A stretch of DNA of 64,000 nucleotides from Blastocladiella emersonii ATCC 22665 (lineage: Eukaryota; Fungi; Blastocladiomycota): positions 930,001 to 994,000 of the forward strand of contig JANHCV010000012.1 of NCBI GenBank assembly GCA_025594325.1. Reading direction: 5' to 3'. Position 1 is the stretch's first letter. Every line of letters starts with the position of its first letter. A model generated the notes under the pieces. That model had not been told where the DNA came from. It ran no database searches and worked only from the letters and a program-made list of their open reading frames with translations. Made by a program: the position numbers and the translations under genes. Below are positions 34,706 through 45,190 of the stretch, one piece after another.

Positions 34706-35147
34706 CGATTGCATCGTTGGCGTGACATGTCCCGTTGAAGTGCACCAAAATCTTTCGCGTGACCCCGCACTCGGGCAGCGGGAGCCCCGACCGGCGCCAC
34801 CAGTCGAGCGTCGCGTACGAGTTGTCCGCAGCGGCGGTGATCGCGCGGCTCGTGTACTTGAGCGGGCGGCCGGACCGGCGCCACGCGTCAAGCACGTTCA
34901 AGCGGCCTGTCGCACTCGCATCGTCCATGGAGACTGAGAGCATGTGGTCCTGGATCGTGCGGTGCACGCGAGGCGCCCGGTTCCGCAGAAGCACTCGGCC
35001 GTACTGCGACAAGCACTCGAGATCGTCCGGATCGGCGGTCCACACGGCAAAGCACAGGATATGTTCCGCGATCTCGTCGGGCAGCGTGACCCGGCTCCCT
35101 CCGAGCATTGCGGGCAGTCGATCGTTCATTCGCTGCGTCGTCTTCAT
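34700..35147 (-). pseudogene. Orphan N-terminal module (F-box-like plus ankyrin-like) without in-frame LRRs
   Basis: TLPDEIAEHILCFAVW...TGRLNVLDAWRRSGRPLKY...LDWWRRSGLPLP. It abuts the next family member in a different frame. Confidence 0.6.
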
Positions 35148-35996
35148 CGTTGTCGTACTCAGCGAGCAGCACGTTCACGACGCGTCCCGCCGCTCACGTG
35201 TGGAGCCCCGCGGCGCGTCTCAAGCCTCTCCCGTGCTGCGTGCGGCGGTGGCGCCCGCACGTCAAGCCGCCGCCATCGCACCCCCGCCGCCACACCGCCG
35301 CCGCGAGCGCACCAGACCTTGTCCCTGAGCTGCTGCGCGGCCGTGGCCGGCGAGGAAGGCGCGCCGATGACGCTCGGGCCAGGGCCGGGTCGCAGAGCGC
35401 GAGCGCTAGTTCCGCAGACGGCAGGTGCGCGGGTGCCCGCGCGGGCCAGGCCACGCGCGGCGCGTCTCGCGGTCATCGGCGCTCGCTGACCACTCTCGAG
35501 TCGATGATGATGGTGATGGACGAGGCCCGCAACAAGCACGCCGCGCTGTGAAGGGTGACGCGTTCGTTCCCACGCGTACGGCGGAGCGCTCCCGAGAAGT
35601 CCCGCACGCCCACGCTTGGGAGAGCGGGCCACGCGAGCGCGTCGCGCTTCTTGCATGGTGAACAATGCGAGGCGCAGCGCTGCGTTGCTGCGGCCGGTCA
35701 GCGTGACGGAGAGAGGAGCAGGCGGTGGAGCGGAAACAGGACGCCGCCCCGATGCCGCGGGCGCATCTCGGTTTGCTTGAAGTGCGGCGCCGGCCGGCTT
35801 CATCAAGGCACCCGCCCGCCTTCGACTCGTTCCCATCACACGGTGCTCGTCAACAAATACGACCGGCTGCATCGGGACCTCTCCCTCTCTCTCTCCCAGC
35901 AACGCAGCCAGTGCAACGCATCGACACACCCACACGCACCGACCACCCGGCGTCACCCTCTACGCATCGACTAGACGCCACCCTTCACCCCCAACC

Positions 35997-37334
35997 ATGA
36001 CCAAGCTGTCCTCGACGACCTCGGCGCTGGCCATGGCCGTGCTCGTGGCCGCCGCCACCTCGTCGCTCCTCGTCGCCACCACGGCGCCCGCCGCCGTGTC
36101 CGCGCAGGGCGTGTCGATCCCGCCGCTCGACACGGGCGCGCTGTTCAAGCAGAAGCGGTGCCCCAAGGCGTGCGACCAGTGGTCGCCGTGCTGCGTGCAG
36201 GGGTACTGCGTCAACAAGCCCTTCGCGTGCATGACGTCCGAGGGGTGCGTGCCCGACCAGACGTTTGGCGGCAAGTGCACGCCCATCCCCATGTGCAAGT
36301 CGTTCCGCGAAGACTTCAATGATGCCAGCGTGCTCATTGACAAGTACGACATGCAGACACCGGACCAAGCGCGCATGTGGCGCGAGTACCCGGGCGCCGA
36401 CCACGCGACGGTCGAGAACGGCAACCTCGTCCTCGAGCTGCAGTGGTCGGACAAGGACGGCCGCGGGCAGGGCGCGACGATCCCGACGCTGCGGTGGGTG
36501 CAGTTCGGGACCATCTCGGCGCGCATCAAGACGGCGGGCGGCCGCGGCGTCGTCAACTCGTTCATCACCAAGACGACCATTTCGGACGAGACGGGCGACG
36601 AGATCGACTTCGAGATGCTCGGCGGCAACGTGTCCGAGGTGCAGACCAACTTCTACTGGAACGGGCAGATCGACTACACCAAGGGCGCGCGGTGGAAGGG
36701 CGGCAACGGGTTCGCGACCGACGGCGACTACCACACCTACACCATCGACTGGAAGCCCGACGGCATGAAGTTTTTCGTCGACGACACGCTCATCCGTACG
36801 CCTTCCTGCGCTCCTTGCCTTCCTTCCTCGACCTGTCACTGACCTCTCCCGCGCCTCGCTCGAACAACAGGCTCCGTGACGCCCGCGCAGGTCGGCAACA
36901 AGTACCCGGCGCAGATCGCGCGCGTCTTCTTCTCGATTTGGGACGCCGGGTGCAACATGCCCGAGGGCACCGTGCAGTGGGCGGGCGGCGAGACCGACTG
37001 GTGCAAGGACGCGGCGAAACGCGCCACGCCCAAGCGCATGTACGTTGACTGGCTCGAGGTCAAGTGCATGACCGAGGACCCGCGCCCGCTGGCCGACTAC
37101 ATCCCCAACATTGCCAAGCCGTCCAACGGCACTGCGGGCGACGCGGGGATGGGCGGGTTCACGCCCAACATGCCGCCGCGGACCACCAACCGCACGACGA
37201 CGGGCGTGTCGGCGGGCGGCGCGAACGCGGGCGACGCGATCGGGTCCGGCAACGCGGCGGCCGGCGGCGTCGCGGCGTCGGTCGCGTCGGTCGTGGCCGC
37301 TGCCGTGATCGCGGTCGCGGCGCTCGCGCTGTAA
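35997..37334 (+). CDS. GH16 chitin transglycosylase (Crh/Utr2-type) with Cys-rich chitin-binding-like module and probable GPI anchor
   Basis: Signal peptide, CPKACDQWSPCC...GC module, catalytic DEIDFE and YHTYTIDWKP. Intron 36796-36870. Hydrophobic C-terminus. Confidence 0.9.
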
Positions 37335-37527
37335 GTGCGCCCCACCATCCATTCTCTCCCCCCACTAGACTCTCGTTGCCGCTGTCCCCCTCCTCCTCCT
37401 CCTGGGCGTCGTGCCCATCCACTCTTCCTCCCTCCCTCAGTTGCAGTTTTGACACATCAATCAATATCATTCATTCTTCTCTACTCTACCCACCGCGTCC
37501 GCGCACCCATCCACCGCGCGGCCCTCG

Positions 37528-38739
37528 CTACGCCCGCGCCCCGACGGCCGCGAGCACGATCCACTCGATCCACTTGTACGCCGGGTGCGCGCGCTTCTTC
37601 AGGCTCCGCGCGATGGCGGCGAGGACCGCGGCGACGACGGCCGCGTGCCAAGTCCACCGCGCGACGGCGCGGATGAGGGCGAGGACGGGCGGGGATGGCC
37701 GAGCGGCTGCAGCACGCGATTGCGCAGCGGTGGTTGTGTTGAGCAGGGACTGCAGCTTGGCGATCTGCGCGCGGAGCTGCGCGACTTCGGCCGACGCCGC
37801 GGCGGCGGCGGGCGTCGCGGACGAGGTAACGGCAGCGGTTGTGGGCTTGAGCTCGGGCGACGCCGAGGCCGCGGCCGCGGCGGGGAGCTGCGTGACGACC
37901 CACGACGCGGACATGTCCTGCGTGCCCGCCGCCGCGGCCGCGGTGGGCGCCTCGGTCCCCGCGACGGGCCCGATCACCGTCGGCCGGCGCGCGGGCGACG
38001 CGGCACCGTGCGGCGGCGGGCGGACCGTCGACACGCTGGTGACGCTGCGCGCGTCATCGTTCGCTGCGCGGCGCGACCCCGTAAACGCGGACGAGTGCGG
38101 GTGCGGGCCGGGGCCGATGGGCGGGGAGAACGGGCGGATGTCGCGGTCGTCCTCGTCGTCGTCGATGTCGGACGCGGACTCGGTGGCGGAAAAGTAGTCG
38201 GGGTCGTCGGACGTCGCCCCACCGCCTGCGGTCGCGATGCTCGCGCGGCGCAGGAACGCGGCGGATGGTGGGGAAGGGGACGAGGTGCGCGGGACGAAGT
38301 CGGGCTCGCGCTCCTCCTCTTCATCCCCCTCCTCGCTTTCGGCCTCGGACCCCTCCTCCTCGTCCGTCGTCGGCTCCTCCAACGCGCGGCGCGCCGGGAG
38401 AAAGCTCTCGAGCAGCTCGAGCGCCTGCGGGCGGTCCGGGAACCGGCGCAGGAACCCGAGGAACGCGTCGACGTACTCGCGCATCGCGTCCTCCTGCGAC
38501 GTGCCCTTGCGCGCGGCCCACGCGTCCCATTTCGCGCGGCCGACGGGGTCCCACAGCGACGGGCGTTTTGCGGTTTTGGGGATGTCCCCCTGCGTCGCCT
38601 GCTTGTACAGGGAGTAGAACTGGAGCTTCTCGGCGTTGGACGGCGCCAGCCCCGCGTCGGAGCCCGTCGCGGGAGGGAGGTTCTGGATCGTCTGCACGGC
38701 GCGCGCGAAGAGGGCGGCGGCGGAAGGCGTTGATGACAT
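37528..38739 (-). CDS. Acyl-CoA-binding domain protein with C-terminal coiled coil/TM (ACBD4/5-like)
   Basis: KLQFYSLYKQATQGD...SLWDPVGRAKWDAW...AMREYV, then an acidic linker and a hydrophobic C-terminal segment. Confidence 0.88.
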   Translation of the reverse strand: MSSTPSAAALFARAVQTIQNLPPATGSDAGLAPSNAEKLQFYSLYKQATQGDIPKTAKRPSLWDPVGRAKWDAWAARKGTSQEDAMREYVDAFLGFLRRFPDRPQALELLESFLPARRALEEPTTDEEEGSEAESEEGDEEEEREPDFVPRTSSPSPPSAAFLRRASIATAGGGATSDDPDYFSATESASDIDDDEDDRDIRPFSPPIGPGPHPHSSAFTGSRRAANDDARSVTSVSTVRPPPHGAASPARRPTVIGPVAGTEAPTAAAAAGTQDMSASWVVTQLPAAAAASASPELKPTTAAVTSSATPAAAAASAEVAQLRAQIAKLQSLLNTTTAAQSRAAAARPSPPVLALIRAVARWTWHAAVVAAVLAAIARSLKKRAHPAYKWIEWIVLAAVGARA

Positions 38740-38970
38740 TTTCGGGTGGGTTACATGGGTTGCGCTCGGGAGAGAGAGAGCGGATTCGGTCCGCGAGCTG
38801 TGATCTCACACCTTTGCAGAGCGTGAAAACCGCAGGGAGAACGCGTCGGCGCCGCGGCGAGGTGACCGCACGTGGCGGGCGACGCGTGCGTCACTTCTTC
38901 TCTTCTTCGCGCCGCCGATCGCTCACGCTCTCCCCAACCGACGCAACGCAACGCAGCGCAACGTAATCGC

Positions 38971-39925
38971 ATGATGGCCGACACCAGCACCACCACTCCC
39001 GCGCAGCAGCCCGAGGTCCCGCCGACCGAGACCGAGCCCCTCGTCGCGGGCTCGGCGACCGACGACGGCGCCATCGCCGAGGGCGAGCAGACGGCGCACT
39101 CGCTGCGGTGCGACGACTGCGGCAAACTGTTCCGCAACAGTACGCTTGTCCGCCGCTCCCGCTCCCTCACCGCCCACTGAACTCCCTGCCCCGCGTAGTC
39201 GACTACGCGCAGCTGCACAACGCCAAGTCGGGCCACGTCAACTTCTCCGAGTCGACCGAGATCATCAAGCCGCTGACCGAGGAGGAGAAGCGCGCCAAGG
39301 TCGAGGAGCTGCAGCGCAAGCTCGCCGAGCGCCGCGAGGCCCGCGCGCGCCAGGACGCCGAGGAGGCGCGCACCCGCGAGCGCATCCGCCGCAAGCACGG
39401 CCAGGAGATCGTCGAGGCCCAGGAGAAGCTCAAGGAGAAGGAGATGCTGCTCGCGATCGAGGCCAAGAAGCGCGAAAAGGACGAGGATAAGGCGCATCTC
39501 GCGCGCGTCCGCGCCGAGATTGAGCGGGATCGGCAGGAGCGCCTCGCTCGCGTACGTCGCCCTTCACTCGATGCTTCCCCCATCCACTCTGACCCTGTGC
39601 GTGTGTGTAGAAAAACGGCACCCCCGCCGCCTCCGCTCCCGCTCCCGCCGCCACCGCCGCCCCGCCGCGCCCCTCCGCCGCCGCCGCCAACACCAACACG
39701 GCGCGCATCCAGATCCGCGGCGCGGGCGCGGCTCCGCTCACCCACGAGTTTGCCGCCGACGCGACGCTCGCCGACGTGTTCACGTGGCTCGCGCAGAAGG
39801 GCGCGCCCGCGGGGTCGCTCATGACCACCTTCCCGCGCCGCACGTTCGGGGCGAACGACATGAAGAAGTCGCTGCGCGAGCTCGACCTCGTGCCGAGCGC
39901 GGCGCTCATGTTCCAGAAGTCGTAG
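38971..39925 (+). CDS. UBXN1: UBX-domain protein with N-terminal C2H2-type zinc finger (UBXN1/SAKS1-like)
   Basis: Zinc finger LRCDDCGKLF...HNAKSGH, a charged coiled coil, and UBX motifs ARIQIR, MTTFPRRTF and LVPSAAL. Introns 39140-39198 and 39552-39610. Confidence 0.85.
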
Positions 39926-39969
39926 GCCAGGTCTGGCAAAACTGAGTTGGTTGTATAAAACGGGCATGT

Positions 39970-41564
39970 TTACGGTTTGGATCGCGACCCCTTGGTCAGG
40001 TCAACGAGGTCGTCGAGCACCTGGCCCTGCCTCGCCGTGGCCCGCCAGTTGTGCTCGAGCAGCGCCAGCAGGGCAAAGTACCGCCCGATCAGCTCGCGCC
40101 GTTTCGCGCTCAGCGTCGGCGGGTACAGCCACTCGACGCTCGTTGTCGCCGAGTGCGTCTCGAACAACGCGAGCAGGGCCCGTTCCTCGTCGTTGGCTTT
40201 GGTCTTGTCCACCAGGTTCTCGACGGACGCGGTCGCGGTGACGGGTTGTTCCACGGGCTACACGGGCGCGGGCGGGTGAGTGAGGGAAGGGGAGGGAGGG
40301 GAGGGAAGGGGCGGACCTTGAGCGCGCGTGCCGTCTTGGCGCGGTCCCGCATGTGTCCGTTGGACAGGTTCGACACGATCACGGCCACGAACAGGCTACA
40401 CAATCCGCGGGCATCGTCAGCTCACGATGGCCACCACCCATCCGCTCGCTCGCCCGCACGTACTTGAGCAAGATAAACCCCTCGAGCACCACAAACGCAA
40501 ACATGAAAAAGTAGATGGTCGCGTCCTTGTCCCTGCTGTCAATGTACAGCGACGACCAGTCGTCGAAGGTCAGGACTGAGAACAGCCGGAACAGCGTGGT
40601 CCCCATGGACCCGAACCGGTGCTGGTCCACGCCGCTGTACAGCGACCGCGCGACCACCGCGAAAATGTACAGGATCAGCGCCATCAGGCACACGATGCTG
40701 CCGAGCGCTGGGATCGAGCGCAGAATCGTCTCGACCAGGATCTGCAGGCTCCGGAACATGCTGATGGTTCGCAGCACGCGAAGGCTGCGCAGAGCGCGGA
40801 AGGCGCGGAAGATGCGGAGCAGGCGGACTACACGGCGCTTGGAGTGAGTGGCCGCTGTCGCAGCGGAGGGCAAGTAGCACGTACGGATCTGCGTGTTGAA
40901 CCCGGCCGACGCCTGCGCAATGTACGGCATGAGGAACGAGAGGATCGACACGGCGACGATGGTGAAGTCTACACCCGCGTCAAACGTCAGCGCAGTCGAG
41001 CGAAAGCGAGCACCCACGACGCGTACCGAACGAGTTCCACCCGGATTTAAAGTACAGCAGGCGGAACACGTAGAGCTTGATGCCCGTCTCCATGAGGTAG
41101 ACGCCGAGGAAGCACATGTCGATGAGGTCAAAGTACCACCCGTAGTTGACGTTGACCCCGGTCGTCTGCAGCGCCATGAGCACCGTGTTGCTGAGAATGA
41201 GGGCCAGGATCGTCGACGAAAACAGCTTGTGCGTGACGAGACGGTGCAGCGCGGCGCGGTAGCTCCCCGGGTCGATGGTCTCCCTAAGTCGGTCGTCGAC
41301 GGCAGTCCACATTGTCGACGAAAATCAGCCTACGCGACGTCGCAGAGAGGGTGAGGGAGGTACGGACCCGAGAGTAATGCTCGCCTGGTCGCCCATGTTC
41401 GAGGCGCGGCCAGCGGACGACGAGCCAAAGTCATCCAGGTACGAACTCGACGACAGCGACGCGGAGGCGGACAGCGACGGGGAGGCAGAGGCGCGGCGCG
41501 ACGACGGCGAGGTCGAGGCCGAGACGCGGCGCGACGACGGGGTCCACCGCGGCGACTCGACCAT
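39970..41564 (-). CDS. CATSPER1: CatSper1-like 6TM cation channel subunit (5' structure unresolved)
   Basis: S4 segment RLLRIFRAFRALRSLRVLR, pore LTFDDWSSLYIDSR, S6 LLNLFVAVIVSNL, and C-terminal RELIGRYFALLALLEHN...VLDDLVD. Introns at 41026-40969 and 40884-40828, plus two more near 40390-40460 and 40260-40320. Confidence 0.8.
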
Positions 41565-42233
41565 GGAGGCCGTCCGGGATGGGCGGCGGCGGTGGCGGCG
41601 CGGTCGAGGGTGGATGCAGCGACCAGCCCGCGGTAGAAGAACAGCGCAGCGACGAGGGTCTAGCGGGACTTGAGGGTCGGTGGTGCTTTGCGCCGATGGC
41701 TGCTCATGTCACCCACGAGGCAGATGGTGGTGGGGATGGTAGCGGGGCCTCCTCGAGGGGGCACACGGAGAGCAGCGGCGGCGGCGGCGATCGCGAGAGC
41801 TGCGTTGCGTTGCGTTTGGACGGGCGCTACCCGGCGAGATGCATGGAAAGTGGGCAGGGTACGAGGGCGAGTTGATGGTGCTTCTCGCATTCCAGTGCAC
41901 CCTCGAAAACGCGCGCGCGAGGCAGCGGGCGGCCGGAGACGCGTCTCACGCGACGCGGCGTTCATCCGCGCGCGGCGATACCAGGTGACATCAGCCGCGT
42001 GGCCGAATGACGCCGCCGCGCGATCATCGCGCCGCCCGCTCTCATTCGCGACCCTCGCACCCCTCTACCACGTAGCTCTGCCGGCAGCGACTTGCTGCAC
42101 CCGACTCGCACACGCACCGCCGGCGCACCCGCCCATCCACCGTCTGGCGCGAGTTTGCCTGCCGAGCCAGCCGAGCAGCCCGCCGTCTGCCTCCACAACA
42201 CCGACTTCTACCGCCAACACCACCAACATCATC

Positions 42234-44948
42234 ATGAGCACCGCGCGCGGCACCCCCGCCAAGCGTGAGCCGCTGTTCCACGTGCAGGACGTGGTGGCGC
42301 TCGCGACGGCGCGCGACCAGCTGGGCGTCGTGGTGCGCACGCACCTGGACCCCGAGGAGTACGAGGACAGCCCGGACTTTGACCCGTCGACGAACCTGGC
42401 GCCGCACGAGGTCGAGGTGACGTGGAGCGCCACGGGCGGCACGCCGCACCCGCGCCCGCCCGCCGTCTACGCCGAGTCGGACCTGGTGCTCGTCGACCGG
42501 TCGTTCGTGCAGGGCGACGTGGTCAGCGACGCGCGCGACCACGCCAAGGTCGGCACCGTCGTCGCCGTGCACGAGGACGTCGACCTGCGCGACATGCGCA
42601 ACACGAGCACGGTCGTGCGCGGCGTCGACTTCGCGCAGCTGCGGTCCGCGTACCCGTTCCTGCTCACGGGGACCCCCGTGTTCATGGACAAGTATGTCGG
42701 GTGGATCCACGACGCGCGCACCTTCAAGGTTCGCGCCGTCTTCTCGAACGGCGCGATCGGCGAGATCGACGCCATCGTCTTCGAGCGCATCGCGTCGCTC
42801 CAGGGCGTCGACCCGGCCCGCAATGCCGACCCGCTGCCGCCCACCGAGCCCGGACTCGTCTTCACGTGGCCGCCGCAGTTCTCGCAGGCGTGGGACTGGC
42901 ACGCGACCCCGCACCTCCGGTCCGTCGGCAACGGGTACGGCGTCGTCACCGAGCTCCTGCCCACCTCCGTCACGGTCCAGTGGGTCGAGTCGAGCCTGCC
43001 CGACGACGCTGACGTCGAGTGGCCGCCCGCCGAGACCCGGTTCGCGGACCTCAAGCTCATGGAGGCCACCACGCCGTTCCACCTCGGCGCCCTCGTCCGC
43101 CGTATCGCCGACGACCAGCCCGACGGCACGAATGCGGGGTTGTACCGCGTCGAGCGCACACGCACCACGCTCACGGTCCGGTGGCACGACGCGACCGTCT
43201 CGCACGACGTGCCCGTGACCGCGGTCCGCATCCCGCTCGTCGTCGACGACACGCTGGTCTGGCCCGGCGACATCGTGTGGAACCGCATGGGCGACGTGGT
43301 CACGCTCGACGACGCCGACGACCTGCGCGTCGGCGTCGCGCAGTCTGCCGACAACGCCAACAAGATCGCCATCGTGCGCTGGTTCGACCCCGCCTGGGAG
43401 ACCCTCGGGGAGCCCGAAACCGTGTCCCTGTACGAGGTCTCGGCCCACCCGCAGTTCGTCGTCGACCTCGCCGCCAAGGTCTTCATCCCGGGCAACCGCA
43501 ACCTCCCCGATTTCGCGTGGTTCGGCGAGGTGGTGGCGATCAACAAGGACGGGACCCGCGACTTCCGCCTGGGCAACGGCACCACGCAGACGATCCGGTT
43601 CGACCGCGTCGTCCCCATCGCGCTCGGCGACGACGACCATCCCGACGACGACGGGAGTGATGCCGGCAGCGTCTCGGACGACGAGTGGGTCGACGAGGAC
43701 GGCGAGGATGGCGAGTGGGAGTCGGCCGACGAGAACGCGGGTTCGAGCGACGACGACGAGGCCGGCGAGGGCCGCCAGGACGCCGCCATCATCGCCCGCC
43801 TCCGCCGCGACCTCGCCGCCACCCTCGCCGCCGACCCCGACGGTATCAACATGCTCGCCGATGCCGTCGCCGAGGCCGCTGCTGCGTCCATGACGCCCGG
43901 CGCGCGGTCCGCCCTCGCGGCGCTCGTCAGCGCGAACCCCGCGGCGGCAGCCGAGGTCGCACCACTACGAGCGGCTGCTGCTCCCGCGCCGACCGAGCCG
44001 GCCGAGACGACCGCGCAGTCCGAGCCCGAGGCCATGGACGTGGACGCGAGCGGCGCCGCCGCATCGGACGTCGCGCCCGCTGCTGCCGCGGATGCTGCAC
44101 CTGTCGCCAACGGCACCGAGCCCGCTGCTGCGGCCGCGTCGCCGCCCGAGGACGAGGAGATCGAGGGCCTGGAAAAGTTCGAGGTGCTCGACGACTCGGA
44201 CGACGTGACGTTCCACTACCCGACGCCGACGCCCATGACGTCGTCGCTGATGCGGCAGATCCGCAAGGAGCACCAGCTCCTGCAGGGCAACCTGCCCGAC
44301 GGGATCGTGGTGCGCGCGTTCGCGGACCGCATGGACGTGCTGGTGGTCCTCATCTTTGGCCCGCACGACACGCCGTACGCGCGGTGCCCGTTCCTGTTCG
44401 AGATCCAGCTGCCCGCCGACTACCCGAACTCGCCGCCGCTCGTCTACTTCTTCAACCGCGGCGGCGGGCGCATCAACCCGAACCTCCACGAGGACGGCAA
44501 GGTGTGCCTGTCCCTGCTGGGCACGTGGCAGGGCGCCGGGCCCGAGGCGTGGAACCCCGCGAAATCCACGATCCTCCAGTTCCTCGTGTCGGTCCAGGGG
44601 CTCATCCTCATCAAGGAACCCTACTTCCTCGAGCCCGGGTTCATGCGGTTCACCAAGACCGACGACGGCGAGGCCAACTCCAAGGCGTACAACGAGAAGG
44701 TCACGATCCTCGCCCTCAAGACGGCCATCTCGACCCTCACCCGCCCGCCCGCCTACTTCCGCGACGCCCTGACGGCGTACTACTCGCGCCACCGCAACGC
44801 CGTCCTCGACCACGCGCGCGCGGTGCTCGAACAGGACGGGCTCACCGAGGGCGCCAAGATCATGCTCCGGCCTGTCATCGACAACCTCGAGCGCGCGCTC
44901 GATAAGGCGCTCGCGGCGCCGCCAGCAGCAGCTGGGTCGGACGCGTAG
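42234..44948 (+). CDS. UBE2O: UBE2O-like E2/E3 hybrid ubiquitin-conjugating enzyme
   Basis: C-terminal UBC domain with GPHDTPY...FEIQLPADYPNSPP and INPNLHEDGKVCLSLLGTW. Long N-terminal region of beta-barrel-like repeats. Single ORF from MSTARG. Confidence 0.9.
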   Translation: MSTARGTPAKREPLFHVQDVVALATARDQLGVVVRTHLDPEEYEDSPDFDPSTNLAPHEVEVTWSATGGTPHPRPPAVYAESDLVLVDRSFVQGDVVSDARDHAKVGTVVAVHEDVDLRDMRNTSTVVRGVDFAQLRSAYPFLLTGTPVFMDKYVGWIHDARTFKVRAVFSNGAIGEIDAIVFERIASLQGVDPARNADPLPPTEPGLVFTWPPQFSQAWDWHATPHLRSVGNGYGVVTELLPTSVTVQWVESSLPDDADVEWPPAETRFADLKLMEATTPFHLGALVRRIADDQPDGTNAGLYRVERTRTTLTVRWHDATVSHDVPVTAVRIPLVVDDTLVWPGDIVWNRMGDVVTLDDADDLRVGVAQSADNANKIAIVRWFDPAWETLGEPETVSLYEVSAHPQFVVDLAAKVFIPGNRNLPDFAWFGEVVAINKDGTRDFRLGNGTTQTIRFDRVVPIALGDDDHPDDDGSDAGSVSDDEWVDEDGEDGEWESADENAGSSDDDEAGEGRQDAAIIARLRRDLAATLAADPDGINMLADAVAEAAAASMTPGARSALAALVSANPAAAAEVAPLRAAAAPAPTEPAETTAQSEPEAMDVDASGAAASDVAPAAAADAAPVANGTEPAAAAASPPEDEEIEGLEKFEVLDDSDDVTFHYPTPTPMTSSLMRQIRKEHQLLQGNLPDGIVVRAFADRMDVLVVLIFGPHDTPYARCPFLFEIQLPADYPNSPPLVYFFNRGGGRINPNLHEDGKVCLSLLGTWQGAGPEAWNPAKSTILQFLVSVQGLILIKEPYFLEPGFMRFTKTDDGEANSKAYNEKVTILALKTAISTLTRPPAYFRDALTAYYSRHRNAVLDHARAVLEQDGLTEGAKIMLRPVIDNLERALDKALAAPPAAAGSDA

Positions 44949-45190
44949 GAGGAGAAGGGAGAGCGGGAGGTTGACTTAGTTACACAATCATCGAATCAAT
45001 CGTCATATTTGCTACGCCTTCGCTCGCTTGTCGTGTGTCGGAGATGTTCGTTGAAAGCAGGGGACTGAGCAGAGGGTTGTGCTTCGCTGTGCGCTGTGCG
45101 CTTTGCGCCTGGCTCGAGGAGTTGCATGCGCGTCCACCTCCCCGCTCTCCCGACCTTCGCGCAAACCCATGAAGCTCAGCTAGCAAGACA

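Noticed and set aside
41670-42233. Upstream extension of the UBE2O ORF from a GTG start
   Set aside because: Low-complexity Arg/Ala-rich translation spanning promoter-like DNA. The ATG at 42234, in CATCATG context, is the plausible start.
36000-44948. Clustering of ubiquitin-related genes (UBX, UBE2O) with F-box-like families as a functional cluster
   Set aside because: UBX and UBE2O are ordinary single-copy conserved genes among unrelated neighbours, and nothing in the sequence links them.
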